63,024 bases of DNA from Malacoraja senta (Eukaryota). Made by a program: the position numbers and the translations under genes. Within the stretch, counting starts at the first letter, position 1. The number at the start of each line of letters is the position of its first letter. Shown in pieces: positions 11,844 through 24,581 of the stretch. Location: positions 558,001 to 621,024 of the forward strand of contig JAXLNO010000709.1 in assembly GCA_038087875.1 (NCBI GenBank). The letters run 5' to 3'. The notes under the pieces were generated by a model. It had not been told where the DNA came from and searched no databases. It saw only the letters and a list, made by a program, of their open reading frames with translations.

Positions 11844-12569
11844 AATAAATCTTGGAGAAGGCTGAACCAACGGGCAGCGGCACGAACGAATGAATGACCG
11901 ACGGTGGCGCCCCCGGTTTTGCCCCGGTGATGGAAATGTTCTTGTAAGTTATACTATGTTAACATGTAAATAATAACATTAATATTAACGTGTTAACATA
12001 GAAAACATTGTAATCACAGTACAATTAGAGAATATAGCACGACCTTTTAGCAAAACGGCAAAGGCTATTTAGGCACGATCGTGAAAAAGGGATTAACTTG
12101 GTGAATTCATCAAAAAAAGGCATGAAAAGGCACATGGTATTAACGGGAAAATCCTGGCTCTAGTTGTAAGTAATCGGCTTACACTTTCCCAAGAATTTTT
12201 TTAATTAATATTCTTAAATTGGTGATTCATATTAGAAATGATTTCAGGACCATGGCAAATGTCTTTGACTGTCCTTATTTGGTCCTGTGTGATTGACCTG
12301 TCAATGTCAGTATGTAGTGAGTCGGACCCAATGCTATTTTATTCAAATCTCTGCACTGTCACCACTTGGTAATGACCACTGAAATAACAAGAATTAGAAA
12401 TTACTCTCAATGTTTCTCAGACTTTGGAGATAAAGTTTCTGGAGGTATAGCAGAGCATCTACTGTGAAACATCAATTCCATATATATATAAGAGGAAAGA
12501 CAGAGGGCAGGAAGACTGTCAAGTCTTTGGTAGTCAGTTTCTTTCCAGTATTGCATATTCCCACAAATT

Positions 12570-13070
12570 ATAGTCATAAAGTAAGCAGCATGGAAACAGG
12601 CCCTTCAGCCTAACTTGCCCATGCTGATGAACATACCTCATCGACACTAATCCCACCTACCAGCATTTGCCCACCACCGTTTGTGTAAAAAGGTTGCCCC
12701 TAAGGTTCCTATTAAATCTTTCCCCCCTCCTCACCTTAAACCTATGTCCTTTGGTTCTTGATTCCTCCTACTCTGAGTAAAAGATTATGTGCATTTACCC
12801 TATCTATTCCTCTGATGCTCTAATACATCTCTATAAGATCATCCCTCATCCTCCTGTGGTTCAAGGAATAAAGTCTTAGTCTGCTCAACCTCTCCCTTTA
12901 GCTCAGGCCCTCCTCGTAAATCTCCTGGCAATATCATCGTAAACCTTCTCTACACCCATTGTCGCATAACAATATCTTTCCTATAACAGGAAACTGAACA
13001 CAATACTCTAAATGTGGCCTCACCGATGTCTTGTACATCTGTAACATGACCTCCCAACTTCTATACTCAA
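12570..13070 (-). mobile_element. Degenerate CR1-like LINE 3' fragment
   Basis: Contains ggaaacaggcccttcagcc near the tail and caatactctaaatgtggcctcacc (antisense RPHLEY). Confidence 0.7.
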
Positions 13071-14184
13071 TAGACACAAAAAGCTGCAGGACAGGCAGGA
13101 TCTCTGGAGAGAAGGAATGGATGACATTTCGGGTCGAGACCCTTCTTCAGACTTTCTTCTATATTCAATACTCTGACTGACAATTCTGTTAAAAGATGAA
13201 TGGTTGAGTTTTTATCCAATTTTTTCAAAAAACAATGGCAGTGGTCTAAACACTAGACTTTCTGAAACCAGCAAACTGAGTCCATCCACTGAAATGTCAT
13301 GAAGGAGCATGCGTTAATATTGCTTTGAGCAATGAGATTTATTGACAGGTTAAGTCACCAGCCAGCCATTTCCTCCATCCAATTCAGAGCCTGAGGCATT
13401 CAGGGAAGAGCTGATGTGATTACCTGGGGACTGAGAAACACACATTGAAGGTTTTTCTGATGTTAAGGCTTTGCAGTGTCCTGTTACAGAACAAACATGT
13501 CTTTAATTTCTGTTTCAACGCATCTGCCATCGTAGGCTGCATGACGTTTTCTTTTAGACTATACCGACATCGAAATGTAAAGCTTGGATTTTCAAGCAGA
13601 TTTCCATTATAACCTCAAATTGTGCTTCTGATTTTCTTTCTTTGTGTTTTTGGAAGGAATTCTGTCCCTGATTTATGTATTGGTCTTTATAACTTATTTT
13701 TTTTTTAATTCTGATTATATGTTTTCTATAAATCTCTGTATGGTGTCCTTGAGACCTCGGTATAAGGCGCCCGTAAATAAAATCCATTATTATTATTATT
13801 ATTACACATCATCAACTACATTTGATTTTGCATTCCAGGTCATTTTACCTGTTGTGTACTTTTCTTTCCTTATTAATTAAGAATTTAAACCATTGACCCA
13901 TATAAATGATTACATGTGATTGAGGACCCCCTAGCATGGGAAAATGCAAATGGTTTTACAGTTTCGAGCAAGAGGCAGTAGGTTGAATCTTGCTGACGGT
14001 AGTAGGTAATACCCATTGCAATAGCTGTTGGTTCAGCCATTGAAACCACAGCAGGTCTTGGTCTTCCATGCCTGCACGGACATGTGTGGAGGTCCGAGAT
14101 GTCAGCTGACGGATGGGGATGTGTCTTCCTGTTGTTGGACTGCACAGAGAGGGTCCTTTCTTGTTGGGATTATCCAGCAACATG

Positions 14185-14500
14185 TTTAGTTTAGTTTAGT
14201 TTAGTTTACAGATACAGTGCAGAAACAGGCCCTTCGGCCCACCAAGTCCATGCCGACCAGCGATCCCCGCACACTAACAGTATCCTACACACACTAGTGT
14301 CAATTTACAATTATACCAAGCCAATTAACCTACAAACCTGTACATCTTTGGAGTGTGGGAGGAAACTGGAGTTCCCGGAGAAAACCCATGCAGGTTAAGG
14401 AGAGAACATACAAACTCCATAGAGACAGAACCCATAGTCAGTATCGAACCCGGGTCTCTGACGCTGCAAGGCAGCAACTCTACCATTGCACACCGTGCCG
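14185..14500 (-). mobile_element. HE1-like SINE
   Basis: (tttag)n tail, then gaaacaggcccttcggcccacc...tcgaacccgggtctctg...gcagcaactctacc (antisense tRNA-like head). Same family at 20570-20825(+), 21676-21995(-), 23750-23990(+) and 60435-60750(-). Confidence 0.8.
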
Positions 14501-16094
14501 CAATGGGAACTTGTCAGTCAAATCCCATTCTAGGACAGACATGACCAAGGATCTGAGACCCTATAGTTTTAATGGGCTTTCTGAGTGTGAGAAACTGGAA
14601 ACAAAGGGAAAGGTGATTTAAAAATATATATTTTGGTTGTTTTTTAACAACTTCTAAGAATTTTATTTTTTAATTTATGTTTTATTTTCTACATGCTTAA
14701 ATACGTTTAATATATTTTATTTCTATCATTGTTACTTTCAATTTCAAAAACCGTTAAATATCTCTTAACGTACCAACAATGATTAGAATAATTAAACTTC
14801 TTCTCAGCTTTGAAAGGAGGTGAAGGTTTGCTCTCAGCTTTGCCTGGTGTGACAGCCTTTGGGAGTATTGCCAGGGACAGGCCTGAGGCCTCTTCACTCT
14901 CCGGACCCTGTCACCTAACTCAGGGCTGCATCAGTTGGCTTTCTACCAAGTGTGGTTCAGATAAATTTACAAGCATTGCTTCTTAGATTTAGATCATGCT
15001 TCAAAGTTTCTTATATTTTTTAAATATTCAATTCAAAGTTCCTTCTATTTATACAAAGCTCTACCAGCTGATCAACTAGGACTTTCATTTTCATTTCTTT
15101 TTACCGTTGATTGTAAATGTTCAGACCCGTTCGGAGCAGCTGTTTTACACTTGGTCAGAAATTTCCACTGACTAATGATTATTGGCTTTGATCTGGATTT
15201 AAGTTAAAACAGCATGCTTGCAATGTAATGTGACATGCACACTAGCCTGGAATTGAACCAAGCAACATCGTAACCTCTCTTTCATTTGTATCCTACTCCT
15301 AAACTTCTTTTCCAATTCTCTTTTTTAATTGGCCTTACTTCCTTTCTGTTACACCTTTTGAGTATTAAAAAAACTGTCCCATTTTTGCTATTTACCTGTG
15401 ATGAGTGGAACTCCGATCACTCCTATGTGTAGGAAGGAACTGCAGATGCTGGTTTAAACCGAAGAGTCTGAAGAAGGGTCTCTACCCGAAACATCACCCA
15501 TTCCTTCTCTCCAGAGATGCTGAGTTACTCCTGCATTTTGTGTCTATCTCCGATCACTCCGAACTCTCCAGCAAGTGGATTAATTGGGGTGATTTTTCTA
15601 CCTCACACACTTAGTCTGGCTTGCTTTACATAATAACAATCCTAATGCAATAACTGTAACGCTGAACAATCACATGTTGTCTTGCTGGAAAGTCCGCTAT
15701 GTAGTTTCAGTGGGCAAGATTCCACACTTGAATGAAGTGAAAAATTGGTTCCTGTAAACTTGAATGAAAGACAGCTTTTGCTCAGGCATTTAAAAAAACA
15801 TATGGATAGATTAAGTGAGAGGGCATGGATCTGGGAATTGGAGTACAACGCGGGAAAAAGTAAAGTTCTCCATTTTGTCTATAAATATAAAGGAACCATG
15901 TTATCTAATTGGTAAGAAATGTCATGGCTGTGGGATAAAGGAGTTTGGGTGGATAATTTACTAAAGCCTAGTATGTGGGTACAGCAAGTAAGAAGGAAAG
16001 AATGTAATTGTTTACTTGGAGGGGAATTGAATACAGCGGTAGGGACATTATACCTCATTAAACAGGGCATTGTTGAGACCATATTGGTATTGGT

Positions 16095-16640
16095 GTGGGT
16101 TTATTATTGCCACGTGATCCAGGATACAGTGATAAACTTTGTTTTGCATGCTATTCGGACAGATCAAACCATACATAAGCAGCACAGTAGTGCAGACGAG
16201 AAAGGAAACAGACAGAATATGGTGTTACAGCTGTAAAGAAAGTGCAGATAAAATATAGTGTACAGGTTGCAGCAACTAGATGAGGAGACGAGGAACCCAC
16301 TTGTGGCATGCGCAAGGTCTGTTTAACGATCTGATAACAGTGGGGATGAAGTTGTCCTTGAATCTGGTGGTAATTGGTCTTGTATCTTCTGATCAACGGG
16401 AGAGGGGAGAAGAGAGAATGGCAGTGAGTGGTCCTCAATTATGTTGACTGCTTTCCTGAGCCAGCATAAAGTGTAAATGGAGACAATGGGAGGGTGGTGG
16501 TCTGGTTTGTGTGATGCACTGGGTTATATCCATAAACCTCTGCAATTTCGCTATTTCTTGCGATCCTGGGCAGAGCAGTGGCCATATCAAATTATGATGC
16601 ATCTGATAGCAATTGCTTCTGTAGCAACTGGCAAGAGTCA
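16095..16640 (-). mobile_element. Degenerate Rex1/Babar-like LINE 3' fragment
   Basis: Antisense HSLFSPLPLIRRY...IQGQL resembles the ISPLPSCRRYRS...RFRNSYFP end of the element at 55325-56963. Confidence 0.55.
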
Positions 16641-16641
16641 T

Positions 16642-16885
16642 TCAGATTGATGTCAGGGGAGAGGGAGATGCATAGATAAGGAAGTATTAGGTGTGAAAAC
16701 AGGGTAAAGGGGATGGAGTTCAAGGAACATGTAGAAGAGATCATTGTTAGCTGGGAGAAGGTAACAACAAAGCAAACAGAGATAAAGTGTTTATCAGGTA
16801 GGTTTAGGTGGACTGCGCAGAAGTGTTAGGCAAAACGATCGCCGAGCCTGCACCGATATATAGGAGTCCATACCTGGAACATTTC
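16642..16885 (-). mobile_element. Internally deleted Penelope-like GIY-YIG fragment
   Basis: Antisense tgttccaggtatggactcctatatatcggt...aggctcggcgatcgttttgc reads CSRYGLLYIG...RLGDRF, the YIG half of the PLE endonuclease. Confidence 0.6.
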
Positions 16886-17340
16886 CAACATGGCAATGCA
16901 CCCTCAGTTCTGCATTGACCAACAGACTGGTCAAGCATACAATGTAGTTTAAACCCATAAGCTTTTGTCCCTGAGGTGGAGTGTTGTCATCTTAGCCAAG
17001 GATGACTTCACATCCAAATTGCAAACATCTTGCATCTTCTTTCCTTTCACTCTGCTTCTGGCTCAGGCAGTGTTATTCAGCAGCACAGGGGTGTAAAATT
17101 GGGAGTTTTGAATGAGAGAGGTCCTAATCTAGTGTGATATAAGCTTGATTTATTAGATGCTTTTAAATCATTATCGCAGCAAGGCTGTTCTCTGCCCGAT
17201 CGCGGAGTCCAGCACTAGTGCTAGCAGCCAGTCTCTGCAGTAGTACGTAACTTGGACCAAGAAATTCCTTGGAGATCCTCCCACTCCTTTGCTATAACGT
17301 CATCTTTGGTGAGGTGAGATGGCTCTTTGTGCAAGAAGTC

Positions 17341-18634
17341 CATATAACCATATAACCATATAACCATCACATCACGGAAACAGGCCATCTCGGCCCTTCA
17401 AGTCCGTGCCGAACACTTTATTATTTTTTTATTTAATTTTTTTAAATTTTATTTTTACTTCCCCCTAGTCCCATCTACCTGCACTCAGACCATAACCCTC
17501 CATTCCTTTCCCGTCCATATACCCATCCAATCTATTTTTAAAGGATAAAATCGAACCTGCCTCCACCACTTCCACTGGAAGCTCATTCCACACAGCTACC
17601 ACTCTCTGAGTAAAGAAGTTCCCCCCTAATGTTACCCCTAAACTTCTGTCCCTTAATTCTCAAGTCATGTCCCCTTGTTTGAATCTTCCCTACTCTCAAT
17701 GGGAAAAGCTTATCCACGTCAACTCTGTCTAACCAGCTCATAATTTTAAAGACCTCTGTCAAGTCCCCTCTTAACCTTCTGCTCTCCAAAGAATAAAGAC
17801 CTAACTTGTTCAACCTTTCTCTGTAACTTAGATGCTGAAACCCAGGCAACATTCTGGTAAATCTCCTCTGTACTCTCTCTATTTTGTTGACTTCCTTCCT
17901 ATAATTAGGCGACCAAAATTGTACTCCATACTCCAGAATTGGCCTCACCAATGCCTTGTACAATTTTAACATTACATCTCAACTTCTATATTCAATGCTC
18001 TGATTTATAAAGGCCAGCACACCAAAAGCTTTCTTTACCACCCTATCTACATGAGATTCCACTTCAGGGAACTATGCACAGTTATTCCTAGATCCCTCTG
18101 TTCAACTACATTCCTCAATTCGCTACCATTTACCATGTACGTCCTATTTTGATTTGTCCTGCCGAGATGTAGCACCTCACATTTATCAGCATTAAACTCC
18201 ATCTGCCATCTTTCAGCCCACTCTTCCAAATGGCCTAAATCTCTCTGTAGACTTTGAAGATCTACTTCATTATCCACAACACCACCTATCTTAGTATCAT
18301 CTGCATACTTACTAATCCAATTTTCCACACCATCATCCAGATCATTGATGTACATGACAAACAACAGTGGACCCAACACAGACCCCTGAGGCACCCCACT
18401 AGTCACCGGCCTCCAACCTGACAAACAGCCATCCACCATTACTCTCTGGCATCTCCCATTCAGCCACTGTTGAATCCATCTTGCTACTCCACCATTAATA
18501 CCCAACAATTGAATCTTCTTAACCAACCTTCCATGAGGAACCTTGTCAAATGCCTTACTGAAGTCCATATAGACAACATCCACTGCTTTACCCTCATCAA
18601 TTTCCCTAGTAACCTCTTCGAAAAATTCAAGAAA
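17341..18634 (-). mobile_element. CR1-type LINE, 5'-truncated, covering RT and 3' end
   Basis: VYMDFSKAFDKVPH, GVPQGSVLGP, SKYADDTK and RPILEYGVQFWSP. (ccatataa)n tail at 17341-17365. Frameshifted. Confidence 0.93.
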
Positions 18635-20133
18635 ATCCATGAAAGAGATACAGTGCACAAAGAAAATCAAGAACCACAAAGAGCAACCACAGATATCTTG
18701 CAAGTATTCTGAAGCTGGCTGAGCAACATTTTTAAAAAGATTTGTTCCAGTTAACTTACTTAGATTCATAGACCTATACAGCATGGAAACAGGATCTTCG
18801 ACCCAGCTTATCCGTGCCAACCAAATTGGCATACTGGGAAAGTCCCATATAAGTTCATTCGTTGTAGGAGCAGAATTAGGCCATTCGGCCCATCAAATGT
18901 ATTCCGCCATTCAATCATGGTTGATCTGTCTTTCCATCTCAACCCAATTATCTTTCCTTCTCCCCATAACATAACATTTGGCATCTAAACCTTTCCTACC
19001 CATATATCTGTCAAGCACTATTGGAACAGCAGAAGGTTACATTTTGGAGGCTCATTGTGGGTGTTAATTTTCTAAAATGGTTTTATATGAATAGCAAGTT
19101 GTGCAGATGGCAGTCTGTCAATTACAATGGAACATGAACATTGCTTCCACTTTATAAGCAGGAGTGAACATGACTCATTTTCAGTTTTGCAAATACGATT
19201 GTTGATAATATAAAAATTGCTACAATTGTCAATTGCACAAATGTAGCTAGGTTGAATGCTGATTTGCAAGCAGATTGCCAAGTGCGATAGCCCCAGATTA
19301 AGTTTAAAATAAACATCTTGGTGAGATTTGATCACACAGTCCATTAATATTGTGAATATGAAATTCAATCCAAACTTTAAATAATAAAATAGGATTCAAT
19401 TTTTGAAAGATTTAGCCCACTTTGGATGAGCAACGATGGCAATCTTGCTGCCTGTATAAATTATTCATGTTCCTGATTAGAAACGTTTATTATGAAAGCG
19501 AAAGGACAAAGAAATCATTCATTTAGATAACAAACACATTTATTAGTTATTCTGTTCTCTTTTGTTTTAAACAAGGGATGGCTGGGTTAATTAAAATAGC
19601 AAAAGGAAGAGTTTCATATGAATCCAGTGATAAACTAATATTGCAAAACCTGACTTCAGTCCAGGCGTAATTTATTGGATTTGAAGCAGCTGGGTTGAGT
19701 TAACTGAATTTTCATCATTGAAAAGGAAAACAAATTTGTGGATTTTGTTGAGAAATTTAAATTATAGGGCTGTTCTAACTTTAGTACCTTTGTGGCATTT
19801 CTGAATGGTAAGCTATTGAAATCAGGTATGCCCTGAGGATACCCTTTCATCTTCACAGCTGTGATAGTAATGGGTTGGATTTCAATGGAATCAAATCAGG
19901 TGAGCCCTCAGATGGGTGCTTGATCCACTCTGCCCAATCAATGCCCTTATGGTGAGGCTGAAAGTCTGGAACTTCATCCCCAGTCAGTGGCACAAAAAAG
20001 TGCCGCATCAGTGTGTGTTGTCCTCACAATTAATTCGATGGAATAGTGGAAAAGAGCACAGCAGAAGCAAGGTATGATGAGCTGACACTTCTATGGTGAG
20101 CAAAGCACAAAGTGCTGGAGGAACTCAATGTGT

Positions 20134-20327
20134 AAAGGGCCTGTCCCACTTGGCGATTTTTATTTCAAAATCCAGCGGCAACAACAAAAATGTTGCGACA
20201 CTTGAGGAAACACCCCGCGTCAATACGTCATCATGCAGCGTCATGCCGCAACTTTTTCGGTGACCTGATACATCAGTCAATGATGCCGGCAGTCGCTGAA
20301 AAAATCGCCAAGTGGGACAGGCCCTTT
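20134..20327. mobile_element. PIF/Harbinger-like MITE
   Basis: About 27-bp perfect TIR: aaagggcctgtcccacttggcgatttt / aaaatcgccaagtgggacaggcccttt. Inserted into a Penelope-derived element. Superfamily is inferred from the terminal sequence only. Confidence 0.8.
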
Positions 20328-20569
20328 GGGCAGCAAATGGGGAGGGAGTGGACGGATGATGTTTTGGCTCAGGACCCTTCTTCAGCCTACTATGGAGACC
20401 CTTTCAATCTCAGCCACTGATTGGGGATATATTAAAAAGGTGTTAGATGTTATTTACTGCTCCTTCAGAATCCAATCCATAATTAAAATTTCACATTTTC
20501 CAATGTTATACCACCAGTTCTATTATTATACAAGACAATCCGCAACCCCTCCCTTCACAACAGTCGAAC

Positions 20570-20825
20570 AGGGCGGCACAGTGGTAGAGTTGCTGCCTTA
20601 CAGTGTCAGTGACCCGGGTTCGATCCTGACTACAGGTGCATGTCTGTACGGAGCTCCTATTTCCACCCACATTCCAAAAACGTACAGGTTTGTAGGTTAA
20701 TTAGATTGGTATCATTGTAAATCATCCCTAGTGTGTGTGGGATAGCCTTAGTGTGCGGGGATCGCTGGTCAGCATGGACCCGGTAGGCCGAAGGACCTGT
20801 TTCTGTGCTGTGTCACTAAATCTCT
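20570..20825 (+). mobile_element. HE1-like SINE
   Basis: gggcggcacagtggtagagttgctgcc...cccgggttcgatcctg head with A/B boxes, and gaaggacctgtttctgtgctgtgtcactaaa tail. Confidence 0.8.
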
Positions 20826-21675
20826 AAAAACAATTCACCCCTCCTCGAAGATCAACATCTTTCAGATAACATTTGACTCCCCACCGTAAATCCATGTTCC
20901 CCAAGCATACCCATGTACATCAGTCAGATCCATTACTAAATCTGCTATTCCGATTGAAACAATAATTAGCCCCAAACCTGTAAATTCTTCACATGTCATG
21001 TCAGCAAAAAGTTATTAACTTTAAGATCAGTATAAGTGTTTATAAATGTCATGGGACCTGCTGAAGTATTACAATATGAAAACATGTGAACTTAATATAA
21101 ACAAATTTATTATTGGAAAGGATTGTGCAAACCATAACACAACTTTTAATACTTAGCAACCATGTAAAGTTGAAGGAACCCAGCTTGAAGTCACTCAGAC
21201 TCCATTTTAGGGAAATTAAATACATGCGATGAAGTTAGAAATTGCCTTATCTAGAAGGAAATTTGAGTTGAAATGTATCTCCATTGTGATGCTGTAGTAC
21301 CAGAAGGCCAGAGAACATGCAGTATGTCTGCAGTGTTAAGCTTTCCTCTGTAGCTTTTTGTTATGTTTAATAAATCTCCATGTCACATTCTGTGGGCTCT
21401 TGCCATGTCATGATACAAAATTGAATGGTGCTGCATGGCATTAATCTTTTAAAATGTTGAATTGCATCTATGGGTGAAGAAACACCAGAGCAATTACATT
21501 ATAATTGTTCCAGAGCAATTATTTTTCATCGCAGATTAATATAGTGTGGTGGAACTGTGAGGAACAATGACTTGATTCTAATTGTGAAATGTTGTTTCCA
21601 CATTTATCAGATAGTGGCATTTAAAATAATTTTGGATAGGCATATGGACACGCAGGGAATGGGGGATGTGGATTT

Positions 21676-21995
21676 TTTAGTTTAGTTTAGAGATACAGCG
21701 CGGAAACAGGTCCTTCGTCCCACCAAGTCTGCACCGACCAGCGATCCCAGCACATTAGTACCATCCTGCACACACTAGGGACAATTTACACGTATACCAA
21801 GTCAATTAGCCTACAAACCTGTACGTCTTTAGAGTGCGGGGAGAAACCGAAGATTTCGGAGAAAACCCACGCGGTCATGGGGAGAACATACAAACCCTGT
21901 ACAGACAGCACCCGTCGTTGGGATCGAACCTGGGTCTCTGGCACTGCATGTGCTATAAGGCAGCAACTCTACTACTGTGCCACCGAGCTGCCCCT
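21676..21995 (-). mobile_element. HE1-like SINE inserted in a CR1 tail fragment
   Basis: (tttag)n tail and same body as 14185-14500. Confidence 0.8.
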
Positions 21996-24581
21996 ATGTG
22001 CAGGTTGATAAGAGATGGTCTTGGCATCATGTTTGGTACTGACATTGTGGGCTAAAGGGCCTGTTCTTGTGCTGCACTATGTTCTATGTTCTATGAAGCA
22101 CTGTTTTAGTTTGTAATGGACCTGATAATAGGAATAACTGCTTGAAACAGTAAGGGGAGAGAAATGCAAAAGCTAGGATTCCTGGTACATTTGCAGTAAA
22201 TATTTCCTGTCGAAGTGATTATGTATTCTTGGGTCATGCAAGGAAAATTGCAGAAGGGTCCCAGCCTTCTGTGTATTCCCTCCACAGATGCTGCCTGACC
22301 CACCCAACACTGGTGTGTTCTGCCCAATGACTTAATTGTTTGACAATGATGGTGATTCACTAAGTGATTAACATCCCACTTGAGAAGGATCATGCCAAAC
22401 ACTGCAATTACTGTAGCCACGAGACAACATTGGCTTCTGCCAGTAACATAGTTATTCTGTGCAGTTTACTTATTGGCAATGAGAGGAGGTATTATAAAGC
22501 ATTTGCCCAAGCAACCCAAAAGTTTCAGTACAAGTTCCAGTACTATTATGGGCTTCAACAAATAGTTAAAGACAATTTGCAGTTATTACCTTTACACAGC
22601 ATGGCAGTACATGTTAATTAGTAGCTACGAGTTGAGAACTACAATTTCACTTGGAGGTGCTTCTTTATCTGAGTGATCTGATGTCGATGATACTACCTAA
22701 TTTTTGTCACAGCTGTACCAAGGCCATTAAGTTGGGACATCTAAAAGAAAAAGCTTAGCTGGGTCAGCAATGTCCTCGGGCTGTATTTCCGAGAAATGAA
22801 CAAACAAGCCTGGCTTGCCTGGCTATTGTATGGTAAAAATTGAAGTACAGGGGGGATCAGCTCATGAATGTGCCTTTTGATAACAAAGTTCAATTGAAAT
22901 GAATACATTTTCTAATTTTGAGGGGGAAAAAATGATGTAGAAGTTCATCCTTCATTCCAGTACTGAAAATGTTATTTAGTACCAACTGTGCATTGAAGCC
23001 CTGTCAAAGTCATTGGAATCAAATTATGGAAGTAGCATATGGTCAAAATATAGCAAATCATTAACATTGTGCTTTACATTGTGAATGTTTAACATTATGA
23101 ATCAAGGACTCGTTTCTTTTTTTTGCTGTCAATTCTGCTCGTTTCCTCTAAACACCTTGTGCTTTGAGCATTCTCTATTTTTGTCTAAAATTCCCAGAAT
23201 TTCCAATCATTTGCTGTTCACTTGTTTTTAATTATATTCCCCATATTTAGAGTCAGAGTTTAGAGTTTAGAAACAAGCCCTTTGGCCCATCTTGCCCACA
23301 CTGACCAACGTGCCCCATCTACATTTATCCAAGCTGCCTGCATTTGGCCCATATCCCTTTAAACCTATCCGATCCATGTAACTGTCCAAATCTTTTTTTA
23401 AATGTTTGTTATGCTATTATGATGAATAGTGTATGCGTTGAATGACCATGATGCTGATCTAAATTAATCCCATTTAACCTGCAGGTGATCCATGTCCCTC
23501 TATGTCCTGCCTTCACATGTGCCTGTCTAATTGCTTCTTAACAGTTTAGTTTTAAGCATGTTTTTTTTAATGTTATAATACCTTAATTATTTTTTTAATA
23601 ATTTAAGAAGCATTTAGACAGGTATGTGGATAGGATAGGTTTAGAGGGATATGGGCCAAACATAGGCAGGTGAGACTAGTGTAGATGGATTATGTTGGTT
23701 GTCGGGGGAAATTTGGGCTGAAGGGCCTGTTTCCGTGCTGTGTTCTGCTTCCTGTTCTGAGTGGTTAGGTTGGCTGTGTGGAGTTTGCTAATTCTCCCTC
23801 TGACCACGTGGGTTTGCTCCGGTTTCCACCCATACCTCAAAGATGTGTGGGCTTCATGGTTAATTAGCCTCTGTAAACTGCCCCTAATGTGTAGGGAAAG
23901 AATGTGAAAGATAGATAACATAGAACTAGTGAGAATGGGTGATCGATAGACTCAGTGGGCAGAAGTGCCTATTTCACATGCTGTGTCTTTCAAACAACAA
24001 TAAAAGCCATAATTAACAGCAATGTACTCATCCAAGAAAAGGATGTTATTTTTAAAACATGAAATGAAAAATAGGCAATTGGTTTAAAACAAATTCAATC
24101 ATCAGCAAACTGAAAGTAGAATAAACGTAGAAACATGGAACTGCAAATGCTGGTTTACAAAAAAGGACACAAAGTGCTGGAGTAACTCAGCAGGTAACTC
24201 AGCAAAACCAGATCACCCAGAGAACACCCATGCGATCACAGGGAGGATGTACAAACTCCACACAGACAGCTTAACTACTCAGAACAGGAGGCAGTTAGGA
24301 GTTAACCACACTGGTGGATCCAAAGTCACACGTGGCCAAATTGAGTAATGATGGCAGGCTCCTATCCTTGAAGAATATTAATGGATTAGATGGGTATTTG
24401 TGGCAATTCTGTAGTTTTATGGGCATCATTACTAAGACCCAGAAATGCTACCTGACATGTTGAGTTACTCCAGCACTTTGTGTCCATTTTTGAAAGTAGA
24501 ATTAATTTTGATGGGCCTGTTTCTCTTCCTAGATTCCCATGTGTGTCACTGATGTATATATATTTTTTAATGTATTTACAG

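Larger units (their letters stand above)
9410..12162 (-). mobile_element. hAT transposon copy 2, inverted relative to copy 1 and interrupted by LINE tails
   Basis: TIR atcctggctcta at 12151-12162; the other TIR is missing. Remnants: GRYVANVVIGTLEAG, TDAAPYMKKAARALKVLFPKMLHLTCIAQGLH, NFPQAITSLEKRGE. Collinear with 4173-6085. Confidence 0.9.

Noticed and set aside
20570..20635. tRNA gene
   Set aside because: The A/B boxes belong to a SINE head that continues into the SINE body; no full cloverleaf.
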